The notes beneath the pieces were generated by a model. The model was not told the origin of the DNA, made no database searches, and was given only the letters and a program-made list of their open reading frames with translations. Shown piece by piece: positions 45,499 through 57,770 of a stretch of DNA of 64,000 bases. The DNA lies in contig MU008174.1 of assembly GCA_010909165.1 (NCBI GenBank), positions 124,001-188,000 on the forward strand. Reading direction: 5' to 3'. This DNA comes from Anthoceros angustus. Lineage: Eukaryota > Plantae > Anthocerotophyta. The position numbers were made by a program, and so were the translations under genes. Each line of letters opens with the position of its first letter. Positions within the stretch are counted from its first letter, which is position 1.

Positions 45499-48400
45499 AT
45501 GCAGGACGCAATTTGGAAATCAAAGGTTGCACGGACATGGTCTGTGGTGCGATCGGGAGATGCTGAGGACGGGAAGTGGAGACTTGTCAAGGGCGAATCC
45601 GTCTCCAGCCAGGCGGTGCAGTTGGAGCAATCTCGAGAGCCGTTCCTGCCTCCGCTTGCTGATTTCCTTTGCAGTATTGATTCGAACAGAGCTTCGCACA
45701 TTCGCAGTATTGACTCGAACAGAGCTCTGCACACAGACAAAGCGGATCAGTCAGATATGTGTCCAGGTGAGGTATTCTGGGTTTCAAAAGCTTGACTGTA
45801 TGATTTTCGTTTGTGTTAGAAGCGGAGGAGACTTCTGCTCTGCTCACAGTGTCACAGTAGATAAAGCTAGAGTTTGTCCTGAAGATCCACCTGGCTACTT
45901 GGCTGGAAGACAACGAAGACCAAGCAATGTGGTGAAACCTAGTAAGTTGTCTGCTCAGGGCCTCGTGGTTGATGAAGCTGGATGTCATGAACCGGATTGG
46001 ACTGCAGATTAAGTGCTGCATTTGGCCACAGGGATTGAGTTTGCAGGAGCAACTTCCTTCTTTCAGACTGCCTCGGGGAAGGCAGTTGTACTTAATACAC
46101 TTTCCGTCAGCAGAGCAAGGGATTTGCTGGTAGAAAACGATGGAACGCCAATGGAGACTGCAGATTTTGCAGCAGGCCCATTAGCAGCAGGTCTTGAGTT
46201 CGCAGGAGCAGCCTCCTTGTTTCAGACTGCCTCGGGGAAGGAAGTTGCACTTGATGCAGTTTCTGTCAGGAGAGCAAGCGATTTGTTCGCAGGAGACGAT
46301 GGAATGCCGCAAGGGACTGCAGGTATTCCAGCTTCTCCCAATATTGCTTCAGCTTCAAGGCGTTCTCTTGATATTGCTGCGAGGAAGGAAATCCGGCCAG
46401 TCGATCCTGCAGTCAGTCGGTTGATATCTGCAGACACGTTGGTCCCGAAAACATCAGTTCCGTTAGCAGCGGAGGAAGTGGATGTTTCATCGTTTCCTGC
46501 TCCAGCGTGGCAGAGATTTGCTGTACCGAATGCAGCCTTGAGAAAAGCTGAGGCTCTCTTGGAAGAGGTATGCGGTGCGGAGCCTCTTCCTTACAGGCAG
46601 AGCAGAACTCTAACAGGAAATCCCCACAGGATCCAGGTTTCGGAGTGGGCTGTCAAAAGGGCTGAGGGGCTTTTGGATGGCTCAGCTAATGCAGGTAAGG
46701 ATGGCATATTGTATCCCTTTGCAGTCCTGCCAGATTCAGCCGTGACGAGGGCAGAAGCTGTTTTGGAAAGAAGAGATCCTATCCAGCCTCTCTCAGGCCG
46801 TGAAACTGTCACCCGACGTGGCGACTCTATCAGCTGTCGAAAATATCAGGTTTCTGAGTCGGCAATTAGGCACGCAGAAGAGCTGCTGCAAAGCTCAGCG
46901 AATGGAAGACTGTATGACACCAGGGGAGCATACGCAGCTGGAAGCTTTCGTAAGATTACTGAGAAGCAGGTGAAGGTACTGCACGAAGATGAAAAGGAGG
47001 CCGATAGTGCATCTAAGAGTGAAGGTGGACTTCAAAACATGGTAGGAGAGTCCCACGTGCCTGGCCGGGAGAAAGCCGGTCTGGAGAGGGGCAAAGGTGC
47101 ATCTGGATTTATGGCTCCGAGGCAAAACACCCATGTGTCTCCTGAGCAAGGGGTGACAACTGCTTTCAGAATTCCTCGTCTCCAGAGGTGTGCCTTTGCC
47201 ATGTTCCTGCTTGAACTTAAGGTCAATACTGTTCTTTGTAATTACATACTTTTGAGGTTCCGCAACTTTGTTCAGGCCACCAGAACTAAAGACTGCATCA
47301 GAAAGCAGTTTCAATCAAGGGACATCACTCTGCAGGGAATCTCGACGAGTAACATCCTTTTCCAAAAAGCCCACCAAAACCTGCAAGTGGATGGAGGAGT
47401 ACTTTGGTGGTCCTCCCGGGTTAGATTCTGTGAGTATTATCACGGTGAGGAATGCCTCTGAAATGTGTCTTTGGAAATGACACAGTACGCGTCCTCTGGT
47501 CTTTCAGGGGAGGCATCCGGACAGAGAAGTAGAAGGCATTTCTGCTAGTACTGCCGCCGCTTTCAGGGTAAAACATTTGGCAGAAGGCAAGACGGAGTAC
47601 TTTGGTGCAGAAGATTTCAGGCGTATGCTTTGTCGAGCTGGAGCAGAGTCTGCTTATGTTACCTCTCAGTAGTGTCTTCGACTCCTCATTAAGCAGACTC
47701 TTGGTTCTCTCAGGCCTTTATCCACGCTGTGAAAGTTCTGGCAAAGCTGAAAATGGTGTAAAGCGTCCTGATGACGTCTTCCTTGTCGCAGATGGGTCAC
47801 TAACCACTATAAGTGGATCATCTGGAAGTTGGCATCTTATGAACGCAGCTATCCTATGCAAGCTGCTGGCAAATACCTCACTCGTGATAGAGTCTTCAGT
47901 GAGCTGTTACATAGGTACGGGTTACCAGCTAACTGCTTTTTTGATTCATCCACATATGTTCTTTTTGTGCCAGGGCTCGTGACGGGTTTGTTTTCATGAA
48001 GGTACCATCGGGAGTATAGGGATGGACATCGATCTGCCCTGAAAAGGATTACAGAAAGGGACTCGCCTTCTTCTCAGGTTATCGTTCTTTGTATCTCGTC
48101 TACAAATGGCCAAGTGGTTGATGGGGTATCTAGCAACCGCAAAACAACTGTGGAAGTGACCGACGGTTGGTAGGTAAAGCGCTTTGTCTACCATTGTTCT
48201 ACTACATGTACCGGCTGTGAACCTTGCTGCCGTCTGAAAACTTTTTTCTGATTACAGGTACCGTTTGACCGCTACTCTGGACACACCTCTATCTCAGAAG
48301 CTTAGAAGTGGCAAGCTGTTTGTTGGCCAGAAACTGCGGGTGAGACTATGCCTTACATCCGAGAGTTGAGCATTGCTCAGGACCCGTTTGACAAACCCCA

Positions 48401-50607
48401 TATGCTGTTTAGGTCTGTGGAGCTGTGTTCCAAGGTTACACCGACGGCACGCCTCCCTTAGTGGTAACGCACTGAAGCAGTTGTTTCGTGGTTACAAAAC
48501 GCTCATGTCATTTGATTCCAGACTGAATGTTTCCTTGTTGCAGGCATTTCCAGTATCATCGTTGGCCATCCATATGAATGGCACGTTCAGGGCACATTGG
48601 GCTGATCGCCTAGGCTTCGGTGAGACTGTGACATGGGTTAGACCCTCTGTGTAGAGATCAAATAAGTAGCTCTGTTGTTCTGAGAGCTGGATTTCTGCCT
48701 CTTGCTAGGTCATGTTCCACCAGTTCCTCTTGCTCTCAAGTGCGTGAAGAACAACGGTGGTCCTGTTGCTGCAACAGTAGTTGTTGTTACTCGTCTGTAC
48801 CCAATCTTGTACAAGGAAAGGTAGGATTGTCACAAGGGGGGCATTGTTTTGTTGATAACCTGTTCGGTTTAGCAACTGGACCCGTAACTCTGTTTTGCAA
48901 CTGGTGGGAATGCTAGGCTTCGGGATGGCAGATCAATTGTGCGGTGTGCAAGAGCAGAGAACTTAGCCTCTAGTCAGTACGATGCCAGGTGACTGGGTTT
49001 CGGGACTGCAGGAGTTTTTAGATCTGAGCACTTGAGCTTGCCTTCGCAAAAGACTCTGAATTATCTTCAGTTCTGGTGCTGACCTCCGTTCAATGGTGCT
49101 GCTTGCTCCCAGGCGAAATAGCATTATTGATGCTACGAAACTGAAATTGGAAGAAGAGGGCCAGAACTTGTTCTCAGGAAACGAACCGGCAGATGAAGGT
49201 GCCCTGCTTTTTGCCAGAATTGTAAATGCAGGAGAACCTGAGCTAATTTTCGCGACGCTGACTAAATCCCAGAGGCAGTCATTGGACAAGTTTCAGCTGA
49301 GGAGGCAGGTAATACAGGGTTCAATTCCCGGTGGATAATGCAGCCAGACCTGCATTGCTGGAATGATGTTGCTATGGAATTGTATTGTAGATCGCGATGC
49401 AGAAAGTAGCTGAAACGAGAATTCAGGAAGCTTTGTGTCAAGCTGATTTACTGTCTCGGGACGTAAGTCCGTTTTTGCAAGTCCGGGTTTCTGGGGTTCT
49501 TGCAAAGGACTCCCTTGTCGATTTCGATACCAAGGAAGGATTTGTAACACTATGGAGTCCACATGACGATCAGGTGAGGCCTTCAAATCTATCTGCCTGA
49601 CTTTCAAGTACACCTCGGGATCTTGGCTGACTTTATGTGTATAGATTAGGAGCATGAAGGAAGGTGCAATATATCGAGTCTCAGACTTGACGACTGTGCC
49701 GGACAGGAGCTTCACATCTGCTGACAATCTCGTCCACTTACGGGCAACGAGGGCGACAAAGTGGCAAGAATTGACGCAAGAGTCTGCTAGAAAGTTACAG
49801 TGAGTTTTTTCACTCGCGTTTGGCAGTGTCTTGATTGCCCCGAAGTCAATAGCAGCTGAGATGCTGTATCTTGTGCAGGTTTGATTATGCCCCCCGCATA
49901 GCTACTCGGATATGTAAGCTTGAAGAGCTTGCTGATGGAAGGTAACAAATCTGAGAGTAACAAAATCTTTCCTCTGGAGTCGGATATGCATTTGAAGTTG
50001 AGACTGTAGCCTGTTTGTGTTGTGCAGAGACTTTGATGTCGCTTGTGTAGTCCTGCACATCGGGGAAGTCGATGAATCTGGGTTCCATAGGCGTCAGTGG
50101 GTATTCGTCACTGATGGTTCCGAGGAAACTGAAGACTCAGGGTCTGGGTGTACATCATTACTTGCCATCGAACACCACGCCTCACATGAAGCTTTTATGC
50201 CCTTTGAGTCCAACTTGCTAGGTTGTGTGGTAAGCATGGAAAGGCTCTGAAGCACCGATCGCCGCTACGTTTTACCCGGGTGACATCTGAGTAGTGAACT
50301 GAATGCAGGTGGGATACTGCAACCTGAAGAAGCTTCGTCGGGACTCGGATAATGCTCTGTGGGTGGCAAAGTCATCCCTCCTTGCTTTCCGCGCGTCGAA
50401 GCTGACATCTGCAAGCTGTAAACATTTGAAAGAGTCGGCAGATGTTGTGCGGAAATGGGCAGCTGAAAATGCTTCTGTAAGGCACATTTCGTCTAGCTTC
50501 ACTATGATTGCTCTTCAGATATCTTCCATCCTAACCATTTGCACTGTACACTGTTTCAGAAGATCGAATTTCTTCGTGAAAGAATTACGTCGGAGCTCAT
50601 TAAGTAG
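45499..50607 (+). CDS. BRCA2: BRCA2 homologue, multi-exon (start approximate; apparent in-frame TAA at 46010-46012)
   Basis: BRC repeats FQTASGKAVVL and FQTASGKEVAL. Helical domain WVTNHYKWIIWKLASYE, RYHREY...RSALKRI. OB1 VEVTDGWY, GKLFVGQKLR, IHMNGTFRAHWADRLG, VVTRLYPILYKE. Further OB-fold exons run to a TAG at 50605-50607. Confidence 0.9.
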
Positions 50608-51204
50608 TGTGATATGGCTTTAATTGAGCAGGGTCCATAAATCCATTGACTTTGATAAATATGCCATTTCTCAATTTTATAGTAAGTTTTTCATCATAGT
50701 TCCAAAAATTTGGTGATGTCCTATTCGGAGTTCACCTAGTCCAAGCACGACATCAATTTCTACATATTTCTCAAGAGCATGAAATATTTTTCCTTTGCAA
50801 TTGGGACATAGAGAAATGTCCTTCTTCCATGCACAAGACTTGCGGTGCACTAAACGGGTGACCACATGCATTCTCCTTGATGATCTCTCTCTTTTATTAC
50901 CATCCCGACAAATGGTACAAGCAATTGTTTCATGCTCATAGTGCACCTAAGGTAATATTTGGTACATCAATTATTTCATTGTCCAGATTTGATTCAAAGA
51001 TTTGTTACCTCTTACTTCTTATAAAAAAGAAACGTCCTATACATAGCTTTCTCGATCAATATCATAAGCTTAACTTTTGACATGATTAAACAATCAAGGA
51101 TAAAACATAAGTTTGAGAGGCTCCTCAATCCTTGCCAACAACCGTGTGATTTCCATTACGCAATATTATTATTTCAAACTTGTTTCGTTGTCCAGTCCAC
51201 CCAA

Positions 51205-51440
51205 CCAGATGGTACCCCTTGAGAGGAGTCGACCATAAATATCAGATGGCCAGTTGTGGGATCCACAGCTAGTATATAGATGTTATATATATATGGACTC
51301 TCTCCACGGGGATACAGTCTCCCAGATGGTACCTCTTGAGAGGAGTCAACCATAAATATCAGATGGCCAGTTGTAGGATCCACAGCTACTATATAGATGT
51401 TATATATATATGGACTCTCTCCACGGGGATACAGTCTCCC
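51205..51440. repeat. ~117-bp tandem duplication
   Basis: ccagatggtacc...ggggatacagtctccc x2. Confidence 0.88.
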
Positions 51441-51892
51441 GATGATGCACCCTAATCTATATCACGCGGTTCTCGATCACCGGCACATGGTTTCACACCT
51501 AATGTGGAAACTTGCCTCTACGGGTAATGAAAAGAGTGGAAGGAGGGATATGCGTCGTCGCACACGACCTACAAACTGTTTCCATGCAAAGGGATAATCT
51601 AATTTCTTAGCTCCAAAGCTTTCACATGCTCAAACACCAGAAAATGAGAGGTTTTCAACCTTTAATACCAAGAAACACAAGGTTTTTTTTTTGTAAAAAA
51701 AATAAAAATCATGCAAAAAATGAGGCCAATCGAAGACCAACAAACTTTAAAAAGAGAGCTAACTGTCTAAAAGTCTAATATAGCAGCAGCGAGAGCTTTT
51801 CTTAACCTTTAACACTAGTTACCGAAAAGCTTTTCAACCTTTAATACCTTATCCCCTCAGTATGGACACAGTTTGTACATATTTAATATACA

Positions 51893-51992
51893 TAAGACCA
51901 GTCCTAGGATGAGGATGAGGCATATTAAGACTAGTCCTAGGATGCGGATGAGGCATATTAAGACCAGTCCTAGGATGAGGATGAGGCATATT
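51893..51992. repeat. 33-bp tandem repeat x3 abutting the AP2 ORF stop
   Basis: taagac(c/t)agtcctaggatg(a/c)ggatgaggcatat x3. Confidence 0.9.
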
Positions 51993-53694
51993 AATCCTCT
52001 ATTTCTGAAGTTTCTAGAGGTTGTTTTCCGTTTAGTTTTAAGTTAACATAACTCTCTATCTCTCTTGGATAGTTTCTCATTGGAAAGTTCAAATGCCTCA
52101 AAAAACGTTTCTTATCCATGAAATATCCTCGGGCTATGATGCTACAATCGTAAGCTATAGCTGCCTCAATACCTGTTTTAAAGTTTCCAATTAACTCTCT
52201 TTTCCCATTTCTACCATCTACATGGACGTATGTATAATAAGAAGCGGGTACTTCATTCGCCTTGGTATAAATGCCAATAAGTCCATCTAGCTTTCTCTTC
52301 TTTTCTAGAAAGATATCTGTATCCTGTGATAGTAGGTACGTGCGATAGTCTGTCCAATTGGTTATGGCTTGCATATCAGGGTGACACATATCTGCCAAAT
52401 ACGTTACGGGCGCAAAATTGAAATCTATTACATGCCCGAATGAGAGCCCACAAAGATACATCTTTAGCTTCATTCTATCCACTTGTTGTGCAACCCAAAT
52501 CGGATTGTTTTTGGACCCTCCCAAATATATTTGTCTTCCCCTTTTTTCCCTTTTCCGAGTTTTAGTGGTTAAATTGATACTTGTAGCCTTCTCATCCATA
52601 TTCTTTTGTGCATCAAGAGTATTTTTTTCGTTTGGATTGGCTGTCATCTGTGCTTCGTTAATCCAAATTTGACCATCATAGATTTTTGTTTTTTTGTGTT
52701 GTGTCACCCCATGAAAATCAGCTTTCCATCGTGAAGAGTGACCAACTCTTGCTTGGCCAAATTTTACCATGTTTTCAAGGTCTTCCTTTGTAGGACATGT
52801 CTTCAAAAAATCTCCTTCATTATTTTTCATAGAATATCCAAGTAATGTCCAAGCTTCAAGAGTGCTCATAATTTTGGATAGCATTTCGACTATGATCAAA
52901 TCTTGTGACATTTCATATGATGCATTATAAGAAGAAGATTCTTTGTCATCCTTGTCAGAACTCTTTTCCTTTGATGTACTCATATGTGATTCTTGCATGT
53001 TTGAAGCTACCATTCCCAAACCATCGACATGTCTTATTTCTAGGTATGAAGGTTGAAGATTCATATACGAAACATCAGGACACATTTCCTCTATTAGGCA
53101 ATTATTATAAATCGATACCTCTTCATGACATTGTGATGACATAGTTGTGGTGAAATCTCCCTCTGCAAGTGCAGCATTTGCGGATTGACCATGATCCCCT
53201 TCTTCTAAAGTTCCATGAATGTATGGTAGTGAAGGGTTATATGCTCCTGCATCTGCGTCCTTGCATTGATCTAGTTGCTCGTCTCCTTGTCCAAAAAAAA
53301 GAACAAGAAGTAGATTTTCATCAAGTTGTGACAAGAAAGAAGTGTTAGAATATACAGGTACATCCTCTGTCATGTCTTGCCCTGAATTACCAAAGACATT
53401 GGAAGTTGGCAATGGAGGCAACGATTCGAGCACCAGATCCACATGATTATCCTCTTCTTCAGATGGCAATGGACTTGATAAGTTTAAATATGTACTCCAC
53501 TCTTCTTCTTGGAGCATCAAATTTGTATTATTATCCTTTTCAAAGTTTGTATCTTGCACCTTACAACTTTCATACTCATGGTTATTTAAATAGTATTTTG
53601 GAGGTACAATATATGTTGTTTCTCTTCCTTCACCAATATTCTTATCGATGGAATCATGTACGGTCCTTAAACTTGGAGATGAACTTATATCCAT
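51991..53694 (-). CDS. Intronless, highly diverged double-AP2-domain protein (ANT/AIL/WRI-like)
   Basis: AP2-R1: FHGVTQHKKTKIYDGQIW...KRGRQIYLGG...DFNF. AP2-R2: ...LIGNFKTGIEAAIAYDCSII...LNFPMRNY. Long acidic N-terminus. First ATG at 53694. Confidence 0.72.
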   Translation of the reverse strand: MDISSSPSLRTVHDSIDKNIGEGRETTYIVPPKYYLNNHEYESCKVQDTNFEKDNNTNLMLQEEEWSTYLNLSSPLPSEEEDNHVDLVLESLPPLPTSNVFGNSGQDMTEDVPVYSNTSFLSQLDENLLLVLFFGQGDEQLDQCKDADAGAYNPSLPYIHGTLEEGDHGQSANAALAEGDFTTTMSSQCHEEVSIYNNCLIEEMCPDVSYMNLQPSYLEIRHVDGLGMVASNMQESHMSTSKEKSSDKDDKESSSYNASYEMSQDLIIVEMLSKIMSTLEAWTLLGYSMKNNEGDFLKTCPTKEDLENMVKFGQARVGHSSRWKADFHGVTQHKKTKIYDGQIWINEAQMTANPNEKNTLDAQKNMDEKATSINLTTKTRKREKRGRQIYLGGSKNNPIWVAQQVDRMKLKMYLCGLSFGHVIDFNFAPVTYLADMCHPDMQAITNWTDYRTYLLSQDTDIFLEKKRKLDGLIGIYTKANEVPASYYTYVHVDGRNGKRELIGNFKTGIEAAIAYDCSIIARGYFMDKKRFLRHLNFPMRNYPREIESYVNLKLNGKQPLETSEIED

Positions 53695-55209
53695 TTTAGT
53701 ACAAGACTGCTGCCCATTAAAACTGTAACTATAATAAGAACGTGACTTTATCAAATGTGACTATACAGAAAATTTACTATACATCCTATACATATTGTAA
53801 AAAAAGACAATGTGTACCATGCAAGTTAGAAGGCTACGTGTTCGATATCTCACTCCAGATCAGAAGGTTGTGTGTTCAATATCTGACTCCAGATCAAAAG
53901 GTTGCGTGCTTGATTCACGTCGGGTCCATTTCGATTTTAGGTGTTTTTTCTTCTTTCTCTGAGGAATGAGCCAATTAATGTTTGCATTCAAATTCTTATC
54001 AAGTTAGATCCAAAAATTTGTAAACTATTGTAACAATTTGCGAAAAAATTTACATACCAGATTTTAAACACTTTGCACTACACTATTTATGTCAAATCAC
54101 TAGTAAGTGATTGTTTGCAAACTATGTGAGATCACAAATAAATAGGTCATCTAAATGACATAAAAACATCACAAATAAGTGATTGTAAACGTGTAGACTA
54201 TGAGAGATCACAAATAAATGCATCATTGAAACGACATATATAGACTACAAGAATGCCATATATCGAGAGTCAAATTACAAAAAATGTCATATCTAAGTTA
54301 TATACTTTTCGAATGTGAAGATCTTGTTCAAACATATAGATTTGTGTACATATGTCTATATATTGTGTACTTAAGATAAACTTGATAGTTTATCCTTGAA
54401 TTACAAAGATAATCTACTAAATATATAAACAAGCGTTTTACGAGAATGAGATTATTCCTTGTAGTTTTTGTATGGTAGCAACTAAGTAGTTGCTACCATA
54501 CAAAAAGACTATGAAGGGAAACATGGCGGTGCAACTGCCGTGAAGGAAAATGTGGCCGACAAGCGTGAATGAAAGATAAATATGCAACCCACACCAACAA
54601 ACTCTATGGCGAAATCCCATGTATTTAAAAATCACACCCTGTCAGCATAGAAGAAGAAGAAGAATTTTATTCTCATTTTACATTCTCACTCGACATTCTA
54701 TAGCTCGTCCATTTTGGATAGAAGTGTCAACGAGTTTGTCTATCTCAAGCGAGGCTCGTCTTCAGAATTTAGCAGCATCGGTAGCAAGACCTACTCACGA
54801 AGTCACTTGATCACCAAAAAGCCTGCAGGTGTGAGACCATATGTTTTCGACATTGATACACAAGGGTAGAACTTGGGATAGATAAACTCGACCAGCCAAG
54901 GCCAGGTTTGGGAGCTGAACATCATCCATTACTCTGTTACCGACTTCCAACAAGCTCGTCTTCACAACCATAGTATCAGTCACGCCTTGACTTTTGAACT
55001 GTATCCAACCAAGCAAAGCGTGTCAGGCACCAATGTTGTGATCCCTCCCCAACGACCAAGACAGTCACAGTGCGACTAGCCGTCTAGCGCTTTGCATGGA
55101 CTGAGGCCGCTATCGATTGCAGTAAGTACAACCTAGAGGTTGTTGATACTCCTCACCCTGACAATGCGTGCGAGATGTTCATTCCATGCACCATAAGATA
55201 CTAGGGATG

Positions 55210-55495
55210 GAATGGTTTCAGCTATGAAGTCTAAGGAGGACGACACATAGGATAACAAATCCAGAAAGTGTCCTACTCGTGATGAGACGAAAGAAGAGCT
55301 TCGGAGAATGTGGAGGCGTCAAGCGCATCAAGCTCCATCCTCTTTGGAACTGCATCTGGTTATTTGCCAGCTTTCATAGTTGGAGGCGTCTTTGAGAATG
55401 TCGGACAGCTAGCTGCATGCGCACTTGTAAAAATAGGCGGCGGATCACTAGACCGAGGTATCAATTGTTCCGCCACACCTCTATCAAATGGGACC
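55210..55495 (-). pseudogene. Inverted, internally deleted copy of part of RAM1 exon 1
   Basis: Reverse complement matches ~59218-59398 (tttgatagaggtgtggcg...gatgcgcttgacg) joined to ~59692-59828 (ctccgaagctcttcttt...gctgaaaccatt). Confidence 0.85.
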
Positions 55496-57102
55496 TTCAC
55501 TCACTGCAATGTGAACGAGGAAGAGGTAAGATATTTTTCCGATTTATCTTTTTTTCCTCAATTGTTAGTGACAAAACTATATTTTTCAATCCTTTCTCGA
55601 CCAACTTCTCCGAGAGTTTTCTCACTTGATTGTCAAAATCCTGCATCATTTTGGCGATATAATTGCAAATTTCCTCCCGTGTATGGTGTTCAAGGAGGAG
55701 GGAGGGTTGGCTGCCCATCTCAAGCTCTTAATAAGAGCAGTGGATAATATCCACTGCTAGATTGAAGGAGCTCATAGAGAAAGAGCATACCATTCTGCAT
55801 AACGATGAGTTGAATCTCATGTAGTCGTCCAAAAGGGAGCGCAGACGCCTGCCCGATGTTGAGTATCTACCACGACGGAGGACACTATTTGGGGAGGTAA
55901 CCGTAAGAGCTATTCGATTTGAGGAGAATTTGAAAAAAATGTACCATGAGTATTTTGAACGTCTGCCAAGGTAGGATGACTTGGTTGCTGATGTGAAGTT
56001 GCTTTCGAACGAGGAGTTGATGGAAATGTTGGAAGCGGAGAAGAGAATTCTGAAACAAAATCGGGCGTGTGAGAGTGCGACAGAGCCGGTAAGTTCTTAC
56101 GCTTGATCATGCCAGCGAAAGCATTGAGCAAGATGGGCTCCAGCGCCCCTCACTTGAGAACATTTAAAATGTTTAAGATGTTGAATACAGTCTTAGTTTT
56201 ATAGAATTATAGGAACCCTTCAGGATTATGGCTTACGAATTCGGATACAAAAGCATGTCTCACGTCTCGTGGTCTCACACATGGGGAAACAGATCACATC
56301 ACCTGCCATGGCTGATAGCTCTGGGCTTGTGTGGCAAGTAGGTGAGAGTAAGGGTAGGATTAGAGTCAGGGGAGATAGGGTGCAGCACCTTCTGAGGTTA
56401 ACATATTTTATGAAGCAGCGGAATATGTAAGAGGGGGCATATGGCCCTATTATCCGTGGAAGTGACGTTCTGTTGAGTTTAAAAAACCATCTTTAACAAT
56501 ATAGCATTGAAAATGACATGAAAACAAAGGGGTTCTCATCCTAGGAACACATTGTTTTAAGGGTTCGAGTAGTCAAGAAGGGACCAAAGTTAACACATAT
56601 TTGGTTTTAACATCGTTTTGATGCCCACCGCATGTCACCTTCAGTGTAGGGGCACATTAGCTTGTAAAGACGGTCACACTTTTTGTGCGGTGTCAAATTT
56701 GCCATACCAACCCCCCTCCAACCAAGAAGATGCGGAGAGAAATGAGAATTTAACTCGTGTGTTCCAACCCTTTCTGTTTTGGGAAGTGGCAGCAAAATCT
56801 CACACAAGGGGCTTTGTATATTCCGCCACTTCATAAAATATGGTGTTAAGAACTACAAGAGGTAGTACAAGCCTAGGCAATCTACCATTGCCACGACAAG
56901 AGGAAGAGGACAAGTACAAGTTTTCGAGGATGCCACCTATTTATGAATGTATCCACCTTAGCTTGAGATGCCAAATCAGATGTTGAGTTATATAGCTTGA
57001 TTCACCTTAAGTATTTATGATATTGCGTAATGCTGTATAATAAGGCTTAAGAAAGCCAACTTGCTTGAGACTTAAGAAAGTTGTTAATAATTAAGCTCAA
57101 CA

Positions 57103-57770
57103 CCTGGCTGAGGCAGAAGCTTTGCTGGAGAGCATGCCATTCAAAGACAACCCAGTCGGGTGGAAATCTCTGCTCAGTGCATGCAAAATTCATGGTGATG
57201 TAGAGTGTGGAGCCTCAAGAGGGTTCTACATATGTGCTTATGTAGGGTATCTATGCAAACGCCAACAGGTGGGAGGATGTGGATATGATAGAAAGTTCCA
57301 AAAAATCTGCCGGTGCTTTCAAGAAGCCAGCTAGGACTTGGATTCAAATAAACAGCAAGGTTCATGAGTTTGTTGTGGGTGAAGACAGGGATGACGTTTC
57401 GTACAAGCTAAGGAGTTTGAACCTGCGGCTGAAAGAGGAGGGCCATGGGGCACCCCATTCCGTCCCTGGGGCCTGCGATTGTGTTGCTGCAATCACCTAC
57501 CCATACAGAGTTAGTACTGAAGCCAATATGTGACAAGGAGAAGGAGGATGCATTGTGTGGCCAGGCAGAGAAATTAGCACTTGCTTATGGTCTCCTGAAT
57601 ACGCCAGAGGGTATACCCTAAGTGATCACGAAAAATCTCCAGATGTGTAATGACTATCACAATGGTACCAAGATCCTTTCCAAAATTGAGAGGCATAAGA
57701 TTGTTGTGAGAGATGCACACCGCATTCACCATTTCAAGGATGGGGTTTGCTCATGTGAAGATTCTCGTCG
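57103..57770 (+). pseudogene. PPR E-DYW:KP pseudogene fragment
   Basis: GWKSLLSACKIHG, AFKKPARTWIQ, KEDALCGQAEKLALAYGL, KNLQMCNDYH and HHFKDGVCSC. It has frameshifts, a ~50-bp insertion and lost Zn ligands, and no PPR array upstream. Confidence 0.88.

Noticed and set aside
50677-50946. Cys-containing minus-strand ORF (CTIC...CPNC)
   Set aside because: Short, with no convincing family pattern, in AT-rich intergenic sequence.
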